A stretch of DNA of 64,000 nucleotides from Rhizaria sp. SCN 62-66 (Eukaryota), in NCBI GenBank assembly GCA_001724265.1, contig MEDY01000103.1:1-64000 (forward strand), in the 5' to 3' direction. This document shows positions 35,801 through 41,200 of this stretch, piece by piece. Position 1 is the first letter of the stretch; each line of letters starts with the position of its first letter. The notes beneath the pieces are model-generated. The model ran no database searches, had not been told where the DNA came from, and saw nothing but the letters and a program-made list of their open reading frames with translations. Position numbers and translations under genes: made by a program.

Positions 35801-36459
35801 TCAACCTGCGTCTGCAGGCGCGACACAAGTGAGCGCGACTCGGCGATCGCGCCGGCGGCGGCAAGCTCGCGCTGCGACAGCGAACCGTCGTTGGCAGCAG
35901 CGGCGGCGGCGGCAGCGGCCGCAGAGGTGCCGCGGGCGGAGAGAGGGCCGCCAAAGGAGGAGGTTGCGGAGCCGGCGACGGGCGCCACGGGCTCCTCTGA
36001 GTAGGCAACCGAGAGCACGAGTGCGGGCGGTGCGGGCGACGTGGCGGCGGCAGCCATCGCGGCGGCCACCTCGCGTTCGCTCTTGGACACTGGAGCGGGC
36101 TCGAGACGCAGCATGATGGGCGCCCCAGCCTTGCCAGCGGCAGCGAGGCGCGAGACCGGCACAGAGACGGAGGCGATCAAGATGCGGCTGTTTGTAATAG
36201 AAGAGCGGCCCTGAACGGCAAAGACGACCGTGGCCGAGGGCGTAGAAGCATTGAACTTCAACTTGGTCGAAAACTTAACGGAGATACGAGGAGGGCCACC
36301 GCCACCACGTGAAGGCACGGGGGGCTGCAGGGGCTTGCGCTCGGTCTCGGCCGCGACAACAGAGTCAAGCGCGGCCATAAGCGAGAGCGTGGACACTGAT
36401 GCCACATGGGGGAGGTCCTTGCATGCGACGATGCAGGACAGTCCGCTTAACGCGCTCAT
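17845..36459 (-). CDS. Giant 6204-aa single-exon coiled-coil protein: N-terminal C2-like domain, 22 motif repeats, Ser/Pro-rich tail
   Basis: An 18.6-kb uninterrupted ORF with A/E/R heptad composition. The N-terminus 'CIVACKDLP...ETERK...KFSTKLKF...VVFAV...ILIASVSVPVSRL' resembles a C2 beta-sandwich. In-frame stops lie upstream of the ATG. Stop TAA. Confidence 0.9.
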   Translation of the reverse strand: MSALSGLSCIVACKDLPHVASVSTLSLMAALDSVVAAETERKPLQPPVPSRGGGGPPRISVKFSTKLKFNASTPSATVVFAVQGRSSITNSRILIASVSVPVSRLAAAGKAGAPIMLRLEPAPVSKSEREVAAAMAAAATSPAPPALVLSVAYSEEPVAPVAGSATSSFGGPLSARGTSAAAAAAAAAANDGSLSQRELAAAGAIAESRSLVSRLQTQVDKYNEETRQRLERAGVSMPPPPRARSVVLQEQIDRGELNAAPQSPHRKPRSPTYDSYPVAPASPGASFDADPYQPQFSPRSPQHSARAPSSAFPPSSPAHAPAHSPAAGLSYGGNSVDSELQARVSALTAREAALQEQVTMLSAQCAALGTEKVDLAAAKDRLAGENASLAAAVARAQAEAATAAAAAAASAGMDERARADAMSARVAELETQAAAARSDLARVSDALAAASAAKDAAESARAATDSARAEVERARDAAQSELQGAKAALAAAATQVESAEAKARDSEAQVAAAKAEAAAAKDEAAKAKADAEKAAAAGTSGAEAAAAAKAEVAAAKAAADAAKADADAAKADAAASKADIDAVKAAMKTSQDEAAAARAEISAAKAAADAAAASAAAAAATAAQQDRAAEARVRALTQRLSRATAALDWVQRASDARVAQTASELPSWRPPADSEESKEDSGTVIARADAVEAAAIAAVTTALNTKKPADAAPVSDSAAAHAAAAAAAAAEIASLRSTLATQAADHAAELSSLRLTTAAMEAQLAAAASDRERMLEIKARADETAALAQARAREMEESLAAAAEGSTDELVQAQRAQLKALSEERDAAAASLAAAEDREAALAEELSAEKVAHAKAAAAAAAATETAAAAAGAGDADRAASEEAARAALAAAAAETDAARSEAVEARREAAEARAAAAEAAARTEAALSDAERANAAKDRADADAAAAVARVAALEQSLTAATEGSTDAVVAAQAAQLKEVAAERDAARARAEESQAEAAEALRARDEAGAENARFEAEKDAAVAAAAEAEAALEKARADLAATALAAPISAVSAVHSSHENTAPVHASASSSIVTVVDEEALNAAVARAAAAGAAAAETKAALDAALASAADATARAESADAEAERLRAARAQADTDLAAAEARARELETSLQTVAEGSTDEIVTAQLAQIKALTTERDAAVERARAAEAEAETAKADAHEAGANAKKAEATAELAEAAREEAAASSAAAAAAAMISRDELKSELAAATAQADSVAAEAAEAAAAAAAREQRITERAAADLAAATEEASQQASAAQAAAARAAADLEAARERSAELEAALAAAAEGSTDALVLAQKQQLAALTEERNAERERAAESTAAAEKAAAEADAARAEARKAAADAEDAQAASKQAQNDAAARIARADAENERLTGELAAARAATAAATAAAVSAGADATEVAAATAAAASSAAPASESHLPTTVSDSTAAVDEMDALVAKLASLRSAAAAAEAAAATKEAERASAESAREAAEAEAAALRERLAAETSARAGSAGESAATEVKAAAAVETTARAEASKEQAVADLGAATERVAALEASLQAVAQGSTDELVQAQRDQIASVTAERDLARQRATDAEAEREAALAAAADARASAAQADATHRIANINAGDETAALAAKLRRAEDERERLQAELQKALARPSSAAVATPAGVSIDDVSPAVVSDEHSADGVESAASAAVATLEEEDPTESLYRRIAELRRSAATAQSERDVVAADLAAAETSLANMKHSCAAAEEDAAEAHAKLDAERATVSESKTACADAEARAAAAAAACDLANEARAKADEAAAEAASRVAALEASLQTVSEGSTDELVQAQLAQLKSLTAERDAAVARAAAAAEKSEAARTAEAEANAAHKRSSVAASLAEQARDAAVADGAKAVQRAEAEVERLQGELNGTRARAALARGTASGAGDSDGFDDEENNDAAEAEKREATLRERVSTLSRALATAEATAAATQAALATAEKLREEARADATAAEEAATTARAASTAATVAAAGAEARAEEQISQAQRARAATQEEKARVAHATARLAELEASLAAVAEGSTDELVQAQQQQLKAVTEERDKAVARAEAAVAETDALLPQLGAARTEARQSAVAAELASEERANTEVTLSRERERATTRSSRLEAELTAAQQASAATAGWSAAAGEEELEELRDEVTAQRQALKTAKTALAEAAANATRAEEAASAADRARARAEEDADDLRTKLSAAQASVAETSVARADAEARAEAAEAAAARAATAQSTAEEDKTAAIARVATLETAITTVAEGSTDELVQAQLQQLAAVKEERDTARVRVAESEAEAAELRERNGDALAAQRRAETAAAVAEEARKAAAAEAEARESRALAECERLEAELAEARAAAAAVGAVASVASNKSAAAVALPDDAAAADEVPVDAISADAATAESATRAADGEKPAKEGVKPAVVAAAVAGGVVVGAIGGALLARRRGSKQDADSKESATTAAEDAVAAADEHAANDNADVAALRARAAAASKELAAANAALARSKAAAAVAESSRAAAESAREEAEEDADDLRTRLNTERGSRIDALQKLAAAEARADALSTASERAEAARAQAEADVTAARARVASLEASLAAVAAGTTDELVQAQQTQLAAVQEERDTAQSRAATAETEVTTARAEAAEAAVAVKAATAATTLANETRAAEAQEATERLEKAVAARAALQEELTAARESVAAASVSNAAAAGSISAEEATALKQELATARERLAAATQAHATAASEAATASSELAAAVRARDVNAADSAEARERLEAERAAHGALKAEAAGLRARDETATEEAARLTAAKTKAEDAATAAQARVAALEASLAAVAAGSTDELVQAQQEQLKAVIAERDAARADVTASEEAVATANETVATERATAAESTAKAQAVEAARAAEEDEHKSEAARARAEIEHLQSQLASALAATAAAAVVTTSDQNSEADAEALREKIASLRESMVTATAAAAASAADAAAAQAATDAAERASAAAELEASELREKLSAERNAAVELRTAAAEAEARAEASASERARLLAAKEQAELDAEAATARVAELEASLAAVAEGSTDELVQAQLAQIKAVSEERDAARKRVSELEPALEAATVSADEARVDANKHEAAAEAAVAASKAAAEDAAAAKGRTDSEIERLEGELAAARAAAASDAVASAMTAASGAAVSSNEVNELEAKVKALKEQRNALKVSVAESASALVLAEANSAAATRAKEVAETEATDAREKLCAAREEATAQRVIAAEAEVHIAAAAEEKERLIVAKAQAEADLTASRERVSELEASLNAVAEGSTDEIVQAQLAQIKALTEERDAARTRTSELQAEADTATAAADDARVAAARAEATVAAAVDAEKAAVEATTTIKERAAADIERLEAELSAARAMAASGAVANATAGASASSDEVAELEAKIKALKEQRATQNVAYAEAAAALVAAETEAENAHRARVTAEEQAATAEAKLLAERESTALQRAVTAEAEARAAAAVDEKDRLMSGKQLAEAEMYSARARVAELEADLNAVAEGSTDELVQAQLRQVRALTCERDGARERVAELQSEVDSANADADNARVAAARAEATAESRSEAEKAATEAAAAAKERYTAEIAHLESELATARGMVASGAAAGVAGGLGITAEEVEELENKIKALKEQRATLNAAAAEAAAAIVTAEATAEAAMRARAAAEEEATAANEKLVAEREAGAALRTAAAEAEVRATSATEEKERAVAAKAQAEEDAAAAIARVAALEASLAAVAEGSTNELVIAQQEQVKAVTEERDTARERVAELQTEVETVTVAADEARMAVARAESAAEASAEAEKAAVTALAENKERAAAEVERLETELAEVKAHAPADGAATGSTGSDEEIAELEAKVKSLKEQRNALKVAAAEAAAELAKSEAAVEAATRARTAAEEDAAETREKLTAEREAAAMLRSEAAEAEARATAATEDKDRMAGSNAQAEEDLTAARERVAELEASLQTVAEGSTDELVQAQLAQIKAVSAERDTARERVAALEQEVETSASAAGELRVTIARAEADVIAAKEAESVAVQQFTQTKEQATQDVARLEAELAEARADTAKAEAKADAPAGDDDEDAKEAVSAEKAAAITAAATAAATAARAEAEAALADAVRRRDAAETEASEARARAEELRTAATDAEAASAAAQVRCEALEEKAARATEAKQEAENTADAATERVRELEASLAAVAEGSTDELVQAQQQQIKAATEERDAALERVRARSDEVDELHAAAEELKITVARAEASAAAASEAEQTAHADATAAKERADSEIATLEQQLAAARAATTAATVANVTAVAAAHGEENNADAELRAKLSDALIAAAQAEAAREAADRARSRAEEDAATANIELTAEREAAAALRADAAERDARAEAAAAEHARLTAAKEQTEADYEAALVRLAELEASLNTVAEGSTDELVQAQLAQIKALTEERDTARERAAESAQQLEEANAAADEARVAVARSEAVVEAATEAEKTAVQDAANAKERADAEIKRLEEEVAAARSATAAATAAGAAVAAGGLAENDYSTVTIARLRERISERDAAAADAAADLATAQAATAAAVRARTAAEEEAAAANEKLESERAEAAELRTAAAEAAAAAEVAAQEKERLTAAKAQADEDVEGARTRVAELEASLAAVAEGSTDELVQAQLAQIKAVTEERDAARERVATAEQEAADAHTKADEAAVNVARAEAAAEAAAAAEKQATEDAESAKERAATEIARLEEELASARVAAAAATATAETATEAAAEAKADAEAAEAEVKADGDDEDEKPVAASAAVAAAERARAEAEAEVASLRERLAADREAHAETAVEVATLRARAETDAETRTHLTEAKERADADLAAAQERVTALEASLASIAEGSTDELVQAQQEQIRAVTEERDAARERVAALDAELASEREARAEAAANVAQAEASATAATEARTVAEAELAEAREQTEQRRSEEAASAASAAETADKIAELQTALGAARADAAAAEARQEAAETARTEAVDDATKLREQLEQEHTAATEARVAAAGAEAARESAAAEAERARADAERTSEELAAARERMAELEASLNSVAEGSTDELVQAQLAQIKAITEERDGARERIAEIEAEAAAAHTAADEARASAKQAELAAQVATEERDAATENAEREATTSAARVEALQEEILQLRTAAATASATEEPAMTMADPDDADGPAVHDGAEASVECAAPASAEGAKDGDAADEGATDAEKDDAKKDDAAEMTLEEARVALAAVERAREYAAEEAEVAQTALAAERAEAAERALAAVALEQEAAARAAEAERAEESARLAREELVATVQRARVLEDSLNSVAEGSTDELVQAQLVRIRALTEERDSSRDRVTELEEKVAACHAEADELRLAAARAEAEAEAARSRVEAENAEREAERKRVAERQQKLEDEIKENSKKEEATSDADSAAAVARAEAVAETAERARAAAEEDANETREKLEAERAAHAETKGLRAAGEAEAEVLRDERERLVEAKQRSDEAAEAAHARVCELEASLAAVAEGSTDELVQAQQQQLKAVTEERDKARERSSELEEQLTALHTTCDEERVARRKAEADASSAEDARAAAAEAQTAAETEQKRLEEENASLRASAAEAEARAAADVKKRTDEDSKGLSLRIPTDDSPAVLGGIVTEPYSVSRHAPPPPAAPVQITIRVDTATASCRDCPGLTAQLARTAADLSIANSDAARHTRAAAAAAEEAAALRERCDKAESALESMAAQSDDERLATVARELAAVREERDSTLKRAVAAEEAKDDAESSLISARAEAEAVAAEAAAAAAAQRAELAQRVADLEADVAATREALAQARSRVGPDGRMEESLTEESLAALLSPTMGSEGAAAAAAGRQTAAEEEKDMSEEAKAMAEDAKCDVATLCKRLAALRAELRIARRRITALEQALRNGPLALGLAHGTSIHPFFRTQRAGSIAGPQSPHVAPRVNEALKEAQDKILEAERKRLGKGARAQRPIGVSGFAIPLSPMVSARSRGSISGGTPLSSSLASASSSDIFSFPTAMLDGKGGGNMTPRGSVAMTPRGSVVMPNAPVVDASDPSRPRMPVPLLIRSSTLAGSNAGSTTASPMARPRESPMSPAAAALASPSVNRSGSIIVLPPTNAPGSPGMRSRRTDSITSALGVLNE
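19030..34100 (-). repeat. Intragenic repeat array: 22 copies plus 1 degenerate copy of RVAELEASLAAVAEGSTDELVQAQLAQIKAVTEERD
   Basis: Counted in the translation. Copies lie near 34050, 33565, 32985, 32480, 31715, 30935, 30225, 29545, 28550, 27855, 27170, 26470, 25775, 25085, 24400, 23720, 23060, 22370, 21700, 21100, 20335 and 19745, with a degenerate copy near 19090. Confidence 0.9.
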
Positions 36460-37029
36460 AAGCTGGAGCGGGGACTAGACTCGCTTCGCGAGGACTCAAA
36501 GAACACGGTTTCCTGGAGCCTAGAAAGACAGTTCAGCTACAAAAAGAGGAGTTGCTAAATAAACAGTGAACAATACGTTCAAATGTGAGGGGACAAAGCA
36601 ACGATAATGTTGTACATGGAGTAAACAAACAATCCGCAAACCTGATTCAGTCCTCCTTGGCATTGGAGGAGTACCTCTCATATACACGGGATTTTTGGCG
36701 CAATACAGGACGTTTCGCAGCATGCCACAGCTGCACATGGATGGCCGCAGTCCCGTGTGTTTAGAAATTCGAACGCAACCCCTGAGTTATTGATCAAGGC
36801 GTAGCACAACTCGCCTATTTTGCTTGCGGGATGAGAGGGGAGGGATGTTAAGAAGGAGGCAGCGCGACGCAAAGACAGCTTTGACACCGTATCGAAGACG
36901 AGTAGCTGTCTGAAACAAGAATCAAAGACAACACACCGCGAATGTTCCGCGCAAAATTGCTAAACATGTTAAGGATATGTCCCGAGCCTACACGTGACCA
37001 CGGTCCAAAACGACTTCGTTTTACTGGCT

Positions 37030-37051
37030 AGTGACCGTGGGCACGGTCACT
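37030..37051. repeat. Perfect 10-bp inverted repeat AGTGACCGTG-GG-CACGGTCACT
   Basis: Read directly; it lies in the divergent spacer between the giant coiled-coil gene and the G-alpha-like gene. Confidence 0.8.
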
Positions 37052-38299
37052 CCTCTGACAGATATTGGTTTTGTTCTCTTTGCTTCGTAGAACGCGCCGA
37101 CAACTACATAGGTCTGTAAATAAGCTGTACTATCGTTTTTTTGCACGTTACCTATTTGTAACGTGCATATATTACATGTGCAACTCGGTGTAACCCATAT
37201 GTGGTCAGGCAGTTCAATCAAGTGGGAGGCGCCACTCCCAGAAATGCGCACTTCGACCCGTCTAGACAACGCAACCAATGTCAACATGTCCCGTCGTTAA
37301 TCAGATAGCACATGATGTGTAAAATTAACGCGTGTGACATGTTCTATCCGCTAGTGCTTCTTGCTGTGACGGCATAGACGTTCTTCGGACTCAGTCGTAG
37401 CGAGGACAACCGTTACACATTCATGATCACGCATCTGAGACGCTGCTCTAACGATCGTGATGTGAAGATTCCAAAAACGCGTGTGTCGGCACACGTTGAT
37501 GTCAAAATAAGATTAACGTGATAGATCAGCTTGGATACCTGCAATGCATCGTGCTAGCCTGCAGAAGAAGCAGGGACAAATGGCAAACATCATCAAAGCA
37601 TGGACAAACTACGGTTGCAATTGTCCTTAACAATCTTTGGTGCATGTTTACTATATGTATCATGTAGATATATTCAACACCTAATGTATATTTCTGTAAT
37701 GCAACTCCGCTCAAATATGATGCATGTATCTATGACGATATACTCAGAATGTTTCTTTATTTTCATGTTTTATCTTGGTATATGGCTGCGTGGTGAAATA
37801 AAATTATGGAGATCGAAAATAGTAGTGTACATGAAACAACATATCTCAATTTCAACGTGCATCAATTTGAATAAAGCTCAGATCTACCTTGAAGAAGCAG
37901 TATTTCGACTTGTGCATCGGAGAGTGCAGCCGCCTGAAGACGAAAAGTGAGCAACGCTCGCGAAGTGGACTGACATACACACATCCGTGTGATTCAAATG
38001 TGAATGTGGTCATGGTGATTTGTCTTGAAAATTCGTTGTGTCCTTGTAATTACATTTCATTACGACTTTATTTGAAGGTCTCTGTTCTGTTTTTTCTCGC
38101 GGCTGATCGGCGAGTGCAAACTTGCTCCGTTCGACCCTTGCTCACGAGCTCCCCCCTACTCCGTCGTTCAACAATATCCTGCAGAAGCGCTTTTTTTAGT
38201 ATATCTTTGTCTTTTCTTGGGCTCGTACCCCCTTGAGTCGCCCTCCAACCCGTCTCCGGCCGCGTTGCAAGGGCCCCGCACACCCCGCGCCGTAGCGCC

Positions 38300-41200
38300 A
38301 TGGGTAGCGGCCAGAGTCGCGAGGAGGTGAACTCCCACTCCTCCAACAGCAAATGGCGTTCCCCTGTCATCGGCCTCCCGAACGTGACATCTCTGTCCGT
38401 TGCTGTGCGTGACCCTCCTCCATTAGTGGCGCCAGCTAAGGGCCTGTTCGCGCGCTTCCGCAACCGCAATAACGATGGCATTCTGCCAACGGGTCCCGCG
38501 GCCGCGTCTTGCTTCGCGCCGCCCGAAGGCGCCATCATCGGCGTTGACTGGTCCGTGCTCGATCTTGCCGAGCTGCAGGCCACCGCCACCGCGCCACCTC
38601 TTGCGCCGCTACGCCGCCACGACCGCAGACGCTGGCGCAACAGATCCGACGACGACCGCAACGGCGGCGGCGGCGGCGACGACGACGGCGACGTGAGCAC
38701 CGACAGCGCCTTCTCCGACGGCGCGCCCCGCAGCCACGGTGACGACGACTCGGCCGCGGCGGACACGAGCGATAGCGACAGCAGCGCGGGCGACTGCGAC
38801 GACGACATCGACGACGGCGACGCCGCCGACGCCGAGGACTTGGAGTCGGTGCACACCGTCATCGTGCTGGGCCAGGCGTGCGCGGGCAAGTCCACGCTCG
38901 TGAAGCAGTTCATCCGCTTCTTCGGCCCAGGCTTCCCCGCGCTCGCGCGTCTGAGCTTTGCGCCCGTGGTACGGCGCAACCTGGTCTTCACGGCGCAGGG
39001 GCTGCTGCACTGCGCGCTGCAGCTCCACCTGCGCGGTCTGCGCGACTTCCGCATCCACCCGAGCGTCCTGCCCGCTGCGGCGCGCGTGTGCGCCATCCAC
39101 CCCTCGGGTGACGTGCTCACGGCGGCCGACGCCGCGGCGCTGGCTGCTATCTGGCAGGCCCCCGCGCTGCAGCGCGCGCTGCTGCTGCAGACGGCCTTCT
39201 TCCGCTCGCTCGCCGCCACGCTGCTGCCCGCGGCGGAGCGGCTCTGCGCGGTCGACTACCTGCCTACGGTCACGGACGCCATCACGACGTACGAGCCGAC
39301 AGTGGGCGTGAACATTGTCGCGCCCGCCGTCGTGCTCTCGCGGCCCTCGCGCGCCGAGATCGCCGCCGCCGCCGCGCTGGGGCTCGCCGCCGCGCTCGCG
39401 CCCGCCGCCGCGGCCGCCGCGTCGCTGCACCGCGCCGGCGCCGCTGCGCACCCGCTGTTGGCGCTCGCCGCCGGGGACGTCTTCCACACCGGGCTTGCTA
39501 ACGTAGCCACACTCGCGCCGTGGTCGCCCTTCAGCGCCACGCCCGGCAGCGGCTTCTTGCAGCAGCAACAGGAACAACAGCAGCATCAGCAAGCGCAGAC
39601 GCTGTCTTCGGGCGCGGGCGCTGGGATTAGCGCGGGCGCACGGGGGCTCAATCTGGGTTTGACCGGCGGCATGCCTGTGCCTCCGACGGCGCAGCAGAAG
39701 CTTAACGCGTCATTCTCGGCCACGGTCGTCGCCGCTGCGGCCGCCGCCGAAGAGGCCGCCGCCGCCGCGGCCGAGGCCGCCGAACTCTCGGGCTACCCGG
39801 GCGACTTGTCTCTGGCCAACACGAGCGCCGCGGGGGCCGGGCCGCTCAACTTCCCGTACCAGAACTACCTGGCTGTGTGCGCCGCGGCCGCGCAACACGG
39901 CTTCCCCGCGGGCAGCATTGACGACGACGACGGCAGCGTGCTCTTCTCGCCCGCTACGCTCGCCGGCGCGCGCAGCGCGGGCGCGACGCCGCTTGCCGGC
40001 GGCGCGGGCGCAGGCGCACAGGCGCTGGCGGCCGGCGCGGCCGCGGGCGCGGCCGCGGGCGCGGCCGCAGGCGCGCCGCGGCAGCTGGTGCAGGAGGCGC
40101 TCGCGGGGCAGATCGCGACCAAGGTCGAGCGCGACCTGTTCCTGGGCGACGACGCGCCCGTTGTTGCCGCCGTGCGGAGCATGATTCAACTGCAACAGAA
40201 ACAACAGAAGCAACAGCAACAGCGGGCGTACGGCCCTGCGCCGCCCGCACTTGCCCGTGGTCAGAGCCTGGGTTCGCCGGCGCTTGCCACGCCAGGCAGC
40301 GCCGAAACCGGTTACGTGGCAACGCCTGGCAGTGCTAGCGGCATCGGTGCGTCCACAGGCTTTGTGTCGCCCAACAACGGCGGCTCCAGCAAAGTCAACT
40401 TCGCCGGCGTGGCCCCGCGTCGCCGCAAGCGCCGCCGCCGCCGCGCCGCGCCGCCACTGACGCTGCGGCTGATGGACACGGGCGGCGGTGCGCTGTAGCG
40501 GCCCAAGTCGCACGCGCTGCTGCCCGACGCGCAGTGCGTGGTGTTTGTGGCCGCGCTGGACGAGTACGACGAGCCGTGGGAGGAGCGTCCCGCGGTGACG
40601 AAGTTGCAGGCCGCGATCGAGGCCTTCGGCGAAGTGTACCAGCTGCACTCGAGCAAGGGCACGCCCGTACTGCTCGTGCTCAGCAAGGCCGACGCACTCG
40701 CGCGCAAGCTCGCGCTCGTCCCGCTGGCCACGCGCTACCCCGAGTACGCAGCCTTCAAGCAGGCCGCCATGGCCGGGGTCGAGCAGGCCGAGGCCACGGC
40801 CGCTGCTGTTGTGGCCGCCGAGGCTGCTGCGGCGAGCAGCGGTGACAATGTGTTGCCGCATATGGCGGCGGCACCCACGGTCAGCGCTGGGCCCGGCGTC
40901 ACCGTCAGCAGCAGCTTTGCGCACTCCGCCTCGCTCACTGGCGCCAGCGCGACTGCCAACGCGCGCGCAGGCACTGGTGAACGCGGAAGCATCGCCTTGC
41001 TGCATACACGTCCTACAGCATACTCAGTCCCGCTTGCAAACGTTGGCGAGCAGTCGCCTGACTCCGTGACGGGCGGCGTTGCCGGTGGCGCGGGGCCGGC
41101 CGCGCAGGACTCGGCCGTGGCCAAGCCGATGCTGTCCCCGCTGCCCGCTGTAGCGCGCGGGCTCGCGCGCTCTGTGGACGAAGGCACTCTTGGCGCCCTG

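Noticed and set aside
36460-36520. In-frame TAG just upstream of the giant ORF as a second recoding example
   Set aside because: An in-frame TGA lies seven codons further upstream, so this is 5' UTR.
40488-40498. An 11-nt micro-intron gtgcgctgtag that would remove the in-frame TAG
   Set aside because: It has GT...AG ends, but 11 nt shifts the frame and destroys the downstream G-alpha match. All other introns here exceed 100 nt.
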